A stretch of DNA of 64,000 nucleotides from contig JAAZJH010000072.1 of assembly GCA_012800435.1 (NCBI GenBank), forward strand, positions 76,943 to 140,942, given 5' to 3'. The translations under genes were made by a program, and so were the position numbers. Source of the stretch: Clostridiaceae bacterium (GTDB lineage: Bacteria > Bacillota > Clostridia > Saccharofermentanales > DTU023). The notes under the pieces are model-generated. The model was not told where the DNA came from. It saw nothing but the letters and a program-made list of their open reading frames with translations, and made no database searches. This document shows, piece after piece, positions 17,913 to 26,654 of this stretch; position 1 is the stretch's first letter; each line of letters opens with the position of its first letter.

Positions 17913-19160
17913 TTATCTTATAATGTCAGTGCGAAGTGCAAGGATCCTTTGCATTTCATTGCGTGCGATCATGATGCCCTCATCGACACCCATGCCCGGC
18001 TTAGCGAGGATCTGAGCCGGACGCATCGCCATCGCGACGTGCACACACACTTGTGCAGAACGGTCCGTTTCGTTGCATGTGCCTCCTTGATATGCGCCGA
18101 TACCGTGATCAAGACAATAGCGCAATGCTTCCGCTGTTTTATGAAGACTTCCGAGATCCGGGGTCTTGACCTGAATCATGTGACCGGCTCCGGCATCTAC
18201 AAAATCGCGAACATCGTCTACCGTATTGCACCACTCATCGGCGACTAACTCGACGGGAATGCCTCGTCTTCCAACTTCACGTGTAAGCGCCGCAAGCCAC
18301 TTAAGTTGCAGATCCCGCGTTCCAGCATCAATCGGCCCCTCAATTCGCAACTTGAAAGGATCGGCAAGCTTTGCAAGTCTTGATAGATAGTCGGTAATCG
18401 ACTCGATATTGTCATAACCAAAGCATTGACCAATTGTGCCGTATACATCGATTTGAATCATTGGCTGATAATCTTCACTTCCTCTGAAACGCAGAATACG
18501 CTCACGCAACCAATTGACGTATTCAGCCAACGTATCCCCATTGGGACCGAGCTTTTCCAGATTATTAATCAGTGCATGCGGAAGGACGTCTACCTCTTTT
18601 AGAATCATTTTATCGACATTAAGGTGCCGCGCATCGCCGGATTGAGCAAAAATCGGAATCGCACGATCACTGACTGTGGTCCCAAACTCATCCGCGACAA
18701 CTTCACACATCAACTTGCGTTGACTTAGCGCGACGGCATCCAGTACGGCCTGAGAGAGACCGTAGCGAATTGCAGAATGAAGTTTCTTTCCGTCGTGATC
18801 GTGAAAATCTTCGAAAACCTCCATTGTTTCTTTAAAAGATGTCAGTGACTTTCCTACCAGCTTCGGCGCGACATCTTTTTCAATGATCGGAATAAAATCT
18901 TTGGCAAGAAAGAGAGGATCGCGACCGCCGGCACCTGAATACTGGACAGCAGCAGCATCGCCCCACGCGACTTGTCCATCTTCAAGAACGAGCATAATGG
19001 AAATAGATTCCCCCGCCTGTCGAATTTGATCAAATCCGAGCGTCTCAGGCTGCCCTGTGTAAAACATCCCGTCGCTTCCCGCACCTGCTTTGATAGCGGC
19101 TTGATCGTCAAAGTAAAACCCCGTTACACCGGGTGCGCAAATAATATTTTTAATTTTCAT
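17913..19160 (-). CDS. mal: methylaspartate ammonia-lyase (beta-methylaspartase)
   Basis: MKIKNIICAPGVTGFYFDDQAAIKAGA...VLEDGQVAWGDAAAVQYSGAGGRDPLFLAKDFIP is near-collinear with the clostridial methylaspartase sequence as I recall it. Confidence 0.92.
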   Translation of the reverse strand: MKIKNIICAPGVTGFYFDDQAAIKAGAGSDGMFYTGQPETLGFDQIRQAGESISIMLVLEDGQVAWGDAAAVQYSGAGGRDPLFLAKDFIPIIEKDVAPKLVGKSLTSFKETMEVFEDFHDHDGKKLHSAIRYGLSQAVLDAVALSQRKLMCEVVADEFGTTVSDRAIPIFAQSGDARHLNVDKMILKEVDVLPHALINNLEKLGPNGDTLAEYVNWLRERILRFRGSEDYQPMIQIDVYGTIGQCFGYDNIESITDYLSRLAKLADPFKLRIEGPIDAGTRDLQLKWLAALTREVGRRGIPVELVADEWCNTVDDVRDFVDAGAGHMIQVKTPDLGSLHKTAEALRYCLDHGIGAYQGGTCNETDRSAQVCVHVAMAMRPAQILAKPGMGVDEGIMIARNEMQRILALRTDIIR

Positions 19161-19178
19161 AAGGTAATAGTCTCCCTT

Positions 19179-20636
19179 TTATTCATTTCTCGGGCGCCCG
19201 ACCAAGCGTCCCTTACTAATAGCATAAACATCATCGATGACCATTTGGAAGGAAGCTTCACGTTTCTCGTATTTCGCGCGTGCTTCCATCTTCTGGCGGT
19301 GAAAATCAAGCAATTCTTGTGTCAGGGGAACGTTCCCCGGGTGGAATAGACGAATAGCGCCGTCGTTGTCGCGGGCAGGAAGCATCTTGCCGGCGTTATA
19401 ACGGCTTGGCGCAAATGGAATATCGAGAACGCCAGAACGAATTGCGAGAATGGTGCCACGTGCAATGTCGCCCTTTCCGAGCTCAAAACATTTCTCAAGC
19501 ACACATCGCGTTTCTGAGGCGATAATGACTTTTTCATCTTGCAGACTGTACGTGTCTAGACTTTGCTCGCCCAACATATTAATCATCTGTTTCGTACACA
19601 AAAGTCCCGATGCGTTCGCTTCTTTTGTGGGAACGCCGAACGCTTCATGCGGCGTCTTGACGATGACTTTCGTCGCATGTGAAAGCGCTGCGACAGCGCT
19701 CCCCCACCCGATTACCGCATACGCCTTGGCTTCACTTTGCGGGAAACCGCCCATCCATTGATGTAAGACGGTTGTAACCTGAACATCACCATAACCGTAT
19801 TTACGAAGGTATTCGTCCGTCAAGCTTTGCAATACTTGCATAGCCGCAACATCCTGCACAAGATGACCACACTGTCCGTATCCAACCGTGATGTTTTTCA
19901 CTCCCTGTTCCGCAGCTAGGAGACTTTCAATGATGGCAACGGCATGTGAGATAAAAGGCGGTACGAGTGTGCCGGTAAGAGGACCGTACGGTTCACGATT
20001 GATTGGACAGCCGGATTCTTCGTACAATCCCGTTAGTCGATCTACATATTGCCAATCGCGAATTGTACGTTCCAACGATACATTTTTCGCGTAGGGAATA
20101 TTGTAAGAGATTCCACCGCCTTCAAAGCTTGTGAAACCTCCGGCGTAGGTCATTTCAGCCAAAAGCCGTGCGTCCGGAGTGCCGTGACGGATCTGTATTG
20201 GTCGTTCAAGAGATTCAATCAACAGCCGGCAACCGCGCACACCGTGGTTAACGGCAGGAAATCCGTTCAGCATATTTTTTTGCGTGCGTACCGACTCTTC
20301 AATTCCAACTTCCGCCTCTTGGTAACGATTCTGACGTGTATAACTGTCAATTGTCGTCGGCAGAAGATCAGCCTCCCCTTCGTTCTGTAGATATGTCAGA
20401 AGATTGATCATATCCTGTACAAGCGGGACACCCGCTCGCGGCTGCACAAGTGTCACTTGCTTCTTCTTCGCCTCGTTAAGCGCATTGCTAAACACTTTCG
20501 TCGGCTCGAGTCCCTGATGATACGCGAACGCTTCTTCGAGATTGACGTCTTTTCCGGTCGGCCACTGCGTAAGCACTTCTTGGCGCTTGCGTTCAAAGTC
20601 ATCGAGCGTCCATTTCTCGTTGCGAACTTCATCCAT
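19179..20636 (-). CDS. glmE: glutamate mutase (methylaspartate mutase) epsilon/E subunit
   Basis: [50 protein letters not shown] and IVKTPHEA are all characteristic GlmE/MutE blocks. Length 485 aa. Confidence 0.92.
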   Translation of the reverse strand: MDEVRNEKWTLDDFERKRQEVLTQWPTGKDVNLEEAFAYHQGLEPTKVFSNALNEAKKKQVTLVQPRAGVPLVQDMINLLTYLQNEGEADLLPTTIDSYTRQNRYQEAEVGIEESVRTQKNMLNGFPAVNHGVRGCRLLIESLERPIQIRHGTPDARLLAEMTYAGGFTSFEGGGISYNIPYAKNVSLERTIRDWQYVDRLTGLYEESGCPINREPYGPLTGTLVPPFISHAVAIIESLLAAEQGVKNITVGYGQCGHLVQDVAAMQVLQSLTDEYLRKYGYGDVQVTTVLHQWMGGFPQSEAKAYAVIGWGSAVAALSHATKVIVKTPHEAFGVPTKEANASGLLCTKQMINMLGEQSLDTYSLQDEKVIIASETRCVLEKCFELGKGDIARGTILAIRSGVLDIPFAPSRYNAGKMLPARDNDGAIRLFHPGNVPLTQELLDFHRQKMEARAKYEKREASFQMVIDDVYAISKGRLVGRPRNE

Positions 20637-20690
20637 TTAACCTTCCTCCTCCGATTCATCCGGTGACGAGTCATCATAAACTTGTCTATA

Positions 20691-22118
20691 TTATTCTTTG
20701 GTATAGACATGCGAAGCTGTACTCATCCCCAAAGATATCAGTTCTTTTTTCATCAAACGCAGCGCTATGTCACTCTCTCGTTCGGCAAGCACACCCATCG
20801 CTGCAAGTATATAACGCTTATCAAGCCAGATCTCAGCCTCTATTGGGCGTAATGAAAAGGGATTATCTTCTGAAAAGAGCGCATGTTCGGCAATCGATCT
20901 CGGATCAGACGCATGAATGACCGAACCGCCCGTCAACAAAATATGACGGACACCTCGCAAATCTTTGCCGGTTTGGACGTATACGATACCGGATGTCGTG
21001 TATGCCTCTTCAAGAGTGCCGGCATGACGCGTGGACGCGATACCGACGGCACTCGAAGCTAATACCCGATCCAAAGAAGATGAACGCGGATCATCTATTG
21101 TCGGCACGTACGCCTTATTTTTCGAGATGGCAGTCAAGTAATGCTGTACATCCTCCTCGGTCGTGTCGGACATTTCGGCAAGACGTGCGGTTCCTATGAC
21201 GTCATTAATGCCCGTTGCACTGTAGCGCATACCGATGTCACCCTCAACGGTACGCTTGGCGTACGGTTCTTCCAAGCCTTTTAATACGACGCTGACGTCC
21301 GTAGGATGACCTTCTGCGATGGAATAAGCATCGGTCGTCGCACCCCCCACATCGATAGCAAAAAGTTCACCGATTCCCGCCTCACGTTTAGTTCCTTTCG
21401 CGAGCAGTACCATCGCGGAAAGCACCGCAGACGGCGTAGGCATCAGAATTCCTGAAAGCAGGCTTGATGCCTTTGTCATCCCGCGAGCTCGAATGATATG
21501 TGTTAAAAATAACGATCGAATGGCCTTTTGAACAGGGTCAATATTCAGCTTGTTGAAACGAGGCATGACATTCGGACAGACCGTTGTCTCAAAATCGCTG
21601 AGAATATCTTCACAATCATCGACCGCATCGCGATTACCGGCTATAATGATCGGAAAACGTGCATCCAGACGCGCCAATGCCTCCGCATTATCTGTGATAA
21701 CCGCTCGGTTGCCGCCGTCCGTGCCGCCTGCCAGAAGAAAAATATCAGGAGGGTTCGCCTCAATATGAGCCAAATCCTGCCTGCTTAGTCGATGCGTAAA
21801 AACTCGTGTAATCTTTGCGCCGGCGCCAAGTGCAGCCAACCGACCTGCTTCAGCTGTTAATTCCGGCATTAATCCGGACACAATCATACGCAAACCGCCT
21901 GCAGCAGATGAGCAGGCAAGGCGGTAATCATATTGGAGCACACCGATCTCTTTCTCCAGATCGTTCATCGCTAAAGAAAGACCATCGCCAATATCATGAT
22001 CGACCGTCGTGAAAGCCGACGCGTGCCCAAGCAGAACTTCCTCATCCAAATCAACAGCCGTCACTTTAGTAAACGTGCTGCCAAAATCAATGAGTAAAAC
22101 AGGACGCATCTTATTCAA
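20691..22118 (-). CDS. glmL: glutamate mutase accessory protein GlmL/MutL (ASKHA-fold putative reactivase/chaperone)
   Basis: [16 protein letters not shown] at the N-terminus, a second DVGGATTD phosphate motif, and a position between glmS and glmE. There is an 8-nt overlap with glmS. Confidence 0.85.
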   Translation of the reverse strand: MNKMRPVLLIDFGSTFTKVTAVDLDEEVLLGHASAFTTVDHDIGDGLSLAMNDLEKEIGVLQYDYRLACSSAAGGLRMIVSGLMPELTAEAGRLAALGAGAKITRVFTHRLSRQDLAHIEANPPDIFLLAGGTDGGNRAVITDNAEALARLDARFPIIIAGNRDAVDDCEDILSDFETTVCPNVMPRFNKLNIDPVQKAIRSLFLTHIIRARGMTKASSLLSGILMPTPSAVLSAMVLLAKGTKREAGIGELFAIDVGGATTDAYSIAEGHPTDVSVVLKGLEEPYAKRTVEGDIGMRYSATGINDVIGTARLAEMSDTTEEDVQHYLTAISKNKAYVPTIDDPRSSSLDRVLASSAVGIASTRHAGTLEEAYTTSGIVYVQTGKDLRGVRHILLTGGSVIHASDPRSIAEHALFSEDNPFSLRPIEAEIWLDKRYILAAMGVLAERESDIALRLMKKELISLGMSTASHVYTKE

Positions 22119-22533
22119 CCCCGAGATCTTTCTTCAGCCAATTAATTGTTGTTTTCGGCGGTGTGCCTGGTGGAAATACGCGGTCAAAACCCATGGCGTG
22201 GAAGCGTTTTTCAACTTCGGAAAAATCTTGTTTACCTACGACGATATTCCCTCCAACGTAAAGAAGAATGCCTTCCAGACCTGCCTCATCACACTTATCA
22301 CGAAATCCGCGGCAATCGAGTTCGCCATGGCCGTAGAGTGAAGAGACAATGATCGCATCGGCCTGAGTTTCGATCGCTGCGCCGATATATTCTTCCTGTG
22401 AAACCATCACTCCGAGATTTGTGACATCGAATCCGGCTTCGGTGAAAGCAAAATCAAGTATTCGAATACCAACAGCGTGTACGTCGGCACCAATAACGCC
22501 GATAACCAGTTTTTTACCATTCGATTCCTGCAT
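22111..22533 (-). CDS. glmS: glutamate mutase sigma/S subunit (cobalamin-binding)
   Basis: [16 protein letters not shown] carries the DxHxxG B12 motif, followed by [12 protein letters not shown] and [12 protein letters not shown] 22533 is preceded by GAGGA; the track start 22545 is a GTG. Confidence 0.9.
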   Translation of the reverse strand: MQESNGKKLVIGVIGADVHAVGIRILDFAFTEAGFDVTNLGVMVSQEEYIGAAIETQADAIIVSSLYGHGELDCRGFRDKCDEAGLEGILLYVGGNIVVGKQDFSEVEKRFHAMGFDRVFPPGTPPKTTINWLKKDLGVE

Positions 22534-22601
22534 GTTGATCCTCACGTTCTTTCGGCATATTTCACGCCCTTAAGTTCTAACATCTTTCTGTTTTACTGAT
22601 T

Positions 22602-22617
22602 TGATCTGATGAGATCA
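22602..22617. promoter_or_regulatory. inverted repeat TGATCT-gatg-AGATCA between the GntR gene and glmS (candidate operator)
   Basis: 6-bp perfect arms with a 4-nt spacer, read directly. It lies about 70 nt upstream of the glmS start. No second copy was found elsewhere in the island. Confidence 0.25.
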
Positions 22618-22703
22618 TCCACAATTATTCACATGCGCATATCTCCTAAAGAATGAAAATACTTAATATGTCATTGCATTTGATCCCATTTAGTCATTAA
22701 GAC

Positions 22704-23750
22704 TTAGTCCGGTCGCCCGATGTCGCGCAGCTCTCGATATCGTTCATCTACGGCGCGTCGCACATAGAGCATCGATCCTTCATCACATTCAAATCGGGTA
22801 CGGACGACACGCATGCCTGAAAGCGCCCGCTCGCGCACAAGCGCCATCACTGAGGAAGGTGCAAAATCCGCTACCTCCGGCGCGAGCATGAGGCAGTCCT
22901 GTTGTTTCATAAACTCTTTCATGCCGGCTTGTTCACGCAACTGTTGTGAAGCAATCACACATGCCTCGGGCAAATACGGTAAAAGAGCCTGTTTCATCAC
23001 TTTGAAAAAGCCTTCACTTGCCGTTAGGAAGCCGACACTCTCTCCCGGCTTTACTGAAAGACAAGCGGCCATTGTATCGCTTTCGGGCCGGAGCGCGACC
23101 GGCAAAATCGCCACTCTGTCTGATACAATGAGCGACAACTCGCGGTAGAGGGCTGTGGGGGTAACTATAAAGTCATACCCCATATCTATGCGGTCAGGAC
23201 TTGCGAGAACATCATCATATGACAACCAAAAACGCATCGTCATGGTGAGTGTCTCCATCGCTCGATCCATCACCGAACGCTCTTCCGGCGTTGCCGCAAT
23301 GAGCGCGAGTCGAACAGGACGGCGTTCATCTTCTTTCTGTCGAAGTCGTAATTCGAAGAAGATTTGCGCTTCACGTGTGGAAAAACCGAGCTCTGTCATC
23401 GCGGAAAGCGTGTCATCGATTGCCTTCATCGCACGCTCCTTACGACTCTTCATCGGCTCATCTATTACTTGGCCAACCACAAAGGTACCCTGACCGCGAC
23501 GTGAAACAACAGCTCCCTCACGACTGAGCAACGCATAAACATGGCGGATGGTACCTATGGAAACGTCGTACTGTTCTGCCATATTTCGGATGGACGGCAA
23601 CTTCGTATGTTCTGAAAGTTTGCCTGATGCAATGTCAGCCCGAATCGCTTCAGCGATTAATTGATAGATCGGACGTTTATCAATATTGACGCGACCTTCT
23701 AAGACATTTTTCAGCATCGTATCTTCAGTCATCCTCAGTTCGCTCTCCAT
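22704..23750 (-). CDS. GntR-family transcriptional regulator with a large (about 250 aa) C-terminal effector domain
   Basis: Winged-helix block YQLIAEAIRADIASGKLSEHTKLPSIRNMAEQYDVSIGTIRHVYALLSREGAVVSRRGQGTFV. The start is uncertain: ATG 23750, 23732 or 23717, none with a clean SD. The first overlaps the upstream gene by 26 nt. Confidence 0.8.
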   Translation of the reverse strand: MESELRMTEDTMLKNVLEGRVNIDKRPIYQLIAEAIRADIASGKLSEHTKLPSIRNMAEQYDVSIGTIRHVYALLSREGAVVSRRGQGTFVVGQVIDEPMKSRKERAMKAIDDTLSAMTELGFSTREAQIFFELRLRQKEDERRPVRLALIAATPEERSVMDRAMETLTMTMRFWLSYDDVLASPDRIDMGYDFIVTPTALYRELSLIVSDRVAILPVALRPESDTMAACLSVKPGESVGFLTASEGFFKVMKQALLPYLPEACVIASQQLREQAGMKEFMKQQDCLMLAPEVADFAPSSVMALVRERALSGMRVVRTRFECDEGSMLYVRRAVDERYRELRDIGRPD

Positions 23751-24342
23751 CAGCGATATTATCTACAACAATATTTTGCATCGCGCGCCAAGCAGCAGGA
23801 CCTTCATCATAGAGGTCACGTCCTTCCGTATCGATGGCAACTGTCACAGGAAAGTCGCGCACTCGGATCTGGCGAAGCGCCTCTGTTCCAAGATCCTCCC
23901 AAAATAGAATCTCCGATGACTCGATGGCGTGTGAAAGCAGCGCGCCTGCTCCGCCCGTCGCGGCAAAATACACACATCCATAACGTGTCATCGCGTCAAT
24001 CACTTCAGGACTGCGTTTTCCTTTTCCGATCATGCCGCGAAGACCGCGAGCAATCAGGTAAGGAGCGTATGGATCCATACGGTATGATGTTGTCGGTCCG
24101 GCAGACCCCATCGCGTATCCGGGAAGCGGAGGCGTCGGCCCAACGTAAAATATGACGGCGCCCTCCAGCGGAAAAGGCGGATCTTCATTACGCTCCAACA
24201 GAGCGACAAGACGTTGATGGCCGGCATCGCGAAGTGTAAACATCGGTCCCGTAAGAAGAACGCGCTCCCCCATGCGAAAACTTGACACTATCTCCTTTGT
24301 CAACGGTAGAGTTACTCGGCGAACTGCCTCATTATGATTCAT
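23725..24342 (-). CDS. Fe-S hydro-lyase beta subunit (class I fumarate hydratase C-terminal-domain type; mesaconase candidate)
   Basis: From the internal MNHNEAVRRVTLPL the protein reads LTGPMFTLRDAGHQRL...VIFYVGPTP...GPTTSYRMD...GMIGKGKR. The ATG at 24342 shares one base with the alpha-subunit TAA (TAATG) and follows AGGAGG at 7 nt. Confidence 0.8.
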   Translation of the reverse strand: MNHNEAVRRVTLPLTKEIVSSFRMGERVLLTGPMFTLRDAGHQRLVALLERNEDPPFPLEGAVIFYVGPTPPLPGYAMGSAGPTTSYRMDPYAPYLIARGLRGMIGKGKRSPEVIDAMTRYGCVYFAATGGAGALLSHAIESSEILFWEDLGTEALRQIRVRDFPVTVAIDTEGRDLYDEGPAAWRAMQNIVVDNIADGERTEDD

Positions 24343-25184
24343 TACAAGACCTCCTGACGATGACGAGTCGAATGGCAATTGAGATTGCAGGCAACCGGCA
24401 AACCGGCAATATGCGTCGGCGCAATATTCACCGCAACAGAAAGCGCCGTCGTATGACCGCCAAAACCTTGCGGACCAATGCCGAGTTGATTGATCTTAGT
24501 AAGTAAGGTTTCTTCAAAATCAGCGTAAAACGGATCAGAATGGCGTACTCCAATTGGGCGCGCGAGCGCCTTCTTGGCAAGAAACGCTACATGATCGAAC
24601 GTTCCGCCGATACCAACTCCGACAACGAGAGGAGGGCAGGCATTCGGCCCTGCAAGTTTAACCGTCTCTAAAACAAATGCTTGAACGCCTTCTATGCCAT
24701 CTGCGGGACGAAGCATAGCGAGGCGGCTCATGTTCTCACTTCCAAATCCTTTTGACAAAAGCGTTATCGTTACGCGATCTCCCGGGACGAGACGGATCGT
24801 CGTGATGGCCGGTGTATTATCACCGGTGTTAACACGTCGAAGAGGATCGCCAACGACTGACATGCGTAGTCGGTATCGCTGATACCCGAGCCGGATTCCT
24901 TCGTTGATTGCCTCATAAGGATCACCGGAGAAATGTACATCACGGCCGACATCAAGGAAAACAACAGCCAAACCTGTGTCTTGACAAAGAGGAATACGTT
25001 TATTGCGCGCTACGTTAGCGTTCTCTAAAAGATCGGATAGAAGCGACTTAGCATGCCGACCGTCTTCACAGCTCAAAGCGTTAACAATCGCTTCTTCAAC
25101 GTCATCCGGAAGATCGCATGCGTTTTCACCGCACATCCGTTCTACAGACGCGGTCAAAAGTTTTACGTCAAATTCCCTAATCAT
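24342..25184 (-). CDS. Fe-S hydro-lyase alpha subunit (class I fumarate hydratase N-terminal-domain type; mesaconase candidate)
   Basis: PLCQDTGLAVVFLDVG, GDNTPA and VGVGIGGTFD are typical of the FumA/TtdA alpha domain. Length 280 aa. Confidence 0.8.
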   Translation of the reverse strand: MIREFDVKLLTASVERMCGENACDLPDDVEEAIVNALSCEDGRHAKSLLSDLLENANVARNKRIPLCQDTGLAVVFLDVGRDVHFSGDPYEAINEGIRLGYQRYRLRMSVVGDPLRRVNTGDNTPAITTIRLVPGDRVTITLLSKGFGSENMSRLAMLRPADGIEGVQAFVLETVKLAGPNACPPLVVGVGIGGTFDHVAFLAKKALARPIGVRHSDPFYADFEETLLTKINQLGIGPQGFGGHTTALSVAVNIAPTHIAGLPVACNLNCHSTRHRQEVL

Positions 25185-25212
25185 ATTGCCCCCTGAAATA
25201 TAATGTGCCTAC

Positions 25213-25241
25213 ACAATAGCGCAAAATGTGCTGGCATGCAA
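25213..25241 (-). promoter_or_regulatory. candidate sigma-A promoter for the hydratase/glutamate mutase operon (TTGCAT-17-TATTGT)
   Basis: On the minus strand, -35 TTGCAT at 25236-25241, a 17-nt spacer, and -10 TATTGT at 25213-25218, about 30 nt upstream of the ATG at 25184. Pattern match only. Confidence 0.4.
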
Positions 25242-25541
25242 CTTTTATAATAATTATAATACTGAAAAGAAGATTTTAGAGATTTATTAAATGAAGATGA
25301 TACAATCTCAATTTAACGCGAATTAGCGATAGATGATGAACTTTTTGAAATGCACTTTTCTAGCTGTCAACAGATATGTCAAATAATCATCATTTCATTG
25401 TAAAAAATGTGCTTCAAAAATGGAGCGGTTTAGCGTATGATCAAGGTCAACAAGGAAACACGTTGTTATAACCGTTGATCGGTTTGTGCTACTTGATCCA
25501 TAACAGAATATGAGAAGGGTCAACTAATATCGGAGGTACTT

Positions 25542-25973
25542 ATGTTTGTTGATGTAGTCGTTGGAGAAAAAGGTTCGGGTAAGACACCGGTTATGTTGGA
25601 AATCATGACACGTGAAGCACGAGACGAACACGCGAATATGGTTTTTGTGGAGTCCGGCAAAGGTGCCAGCTACCACATTCCACACTCCGTCCGATTCATT
25701 GACATTACAGAATATCCTATTCAAGGTTACGATCAGTTGCTCGCATTCATCGCCGGCATGAACGCAAAAGATTATGATATTTCTCATATCTTTGTCGACA
25801 GTGTTTTTAAAATTGCGGGTAAAGAAGCGCTAGAAGGTCTCCCCGACTTTCTCAACAGGCTTGAAAAACTTGCTCGTCACGTCGAAACCAACATTACACT
25901 GAGCCTCAGCTGCGCTGTCGATGAACTGCCGAAGCTTCCTGATTCCATCAAAGTACATGTGACGCGAATATAA
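25542..25973 (+). CDS. small stand-alone P-loop ATPase-like protein of unknown function (143 aa)
   Basis: Walker A GEKGSGKT at aa 8-15, a Walker-B-like HIFVDS, and a good RBS (GGAGGTactt ATG). No other recognisable domain. Confidence 0.6.
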   Translation: MFVDVVVGEKGSGKTPVMLEIMTREARDEHANMVFVESGKGASYHIPHSVRFIDITEYPIQGYDQLLAFIAGMNAKDYDISHIFVDSVFKIAGKEALEGLPDFLNRLEKLARHVETNITLSLSCAVDELPKLPDSIKVHVTRI

Positions 25974-26104
25974 TAAACACAATATATTTATTTCACTATC
26001 CCGCATTGTTTAGATAAATCTCACACGTCAAAATTTGCACGGCACAAGATAACGCCAATTACACGCTAAATATGTAGCAAAATTTCTTGGAGAATCAAAG
26101 CATT

Positions 26105-26554
26105 ATGATAAAAGAATTTAAAGAATTTATTGCAAAGGGCAATGTGTTAGACGCCGCTGTCGGTTTTGTGATGGGACTGGCCTTCAAAGCCATCGTAGAC
26201 AGTGTTGTCAACGATATATTGATGCCGCTGATCGGATACTTTACGGCAGGCATCGATTTTGCCAACTTGAAAATTGTGCTTAAACCTGCCAGTGGCGAAC
26301 TGGAGGAAGTTGCCGTCACTTACGGCACGTTAATCCAGAACGTCATTTCCTTCTTGCTTGTCGCTTTCTTCCTGTTCTTACTCGTACGCACGGCAAATCG
26401 TTTGCGCAGGAAACACGAAGAAGCAGCTGCTTCTTCTGAAGAGACCGATGCAGACGAAGAAGAGGTAGAAAAAGAATCGGAGCTTGATTTACTTAAGGAT
26501 ATTCGCTCACTTCTTCAACAAAAACCGGATGCCGATACGGATAAAGAAGACTGA
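26105..26554 (+). CDS. mscL: large-conductance mechanosensitive channel
   Basis: MIKEFKEFIAKGNVLDAAVGFVMGLAFKAIVDSVVNDILMPLIG is the canonical MscL N-terminus. The C-terminus is an acidic tail. The track start 26087 is a TTG; ATG 26105 is preferred. Confidence 0.9.
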   Translation: MIKEFKEFIAKGNVLDAAVGFVMGLAFKAIVDSVVNDILMPLIGYFTAGIDFANLKIVLKPASGELEEVAVTYGTLIQNVISFLLVAFFLFLLVRTANRLRRKHEEAAASSEETDADEEEVEKESELDLLKDIRSLLQQKPDADTDKED

Positions 26555-26582
26555 CAACACACAGACCATCATCCAAACATCA

Positions 26583-26620
26583 TAAAACGGAGCATACCGA
26601 CCTCTGTATGCTCCGTTTAA
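26583..26620. terminator. bidirectional rho-independent terminator between convergent mscL and the heptad-repeat protein gene
   Basis: Perfect 12-bp stem, aacggagcatac (26586-26597) with gtatgctccgtt (26606-26617), and an 8-nt loop. It is flanked by an A-run on the left and TTTAAAT on the right. Confidence 0.75.
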
Positions 26621-26654
26621 ATACTGATGCTGCTTTAAAAGATTATTCGGCATA

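Noticed and set aside
22546-22703. Cobalamin riboswitch upstream of the B12-dependent glutamate mutase genes.
   Set aside because: The region is too short at 158 nt, and I could not find a B12-box-like GCCACTG core or the expected GC-rich helices on the transcribed strand.
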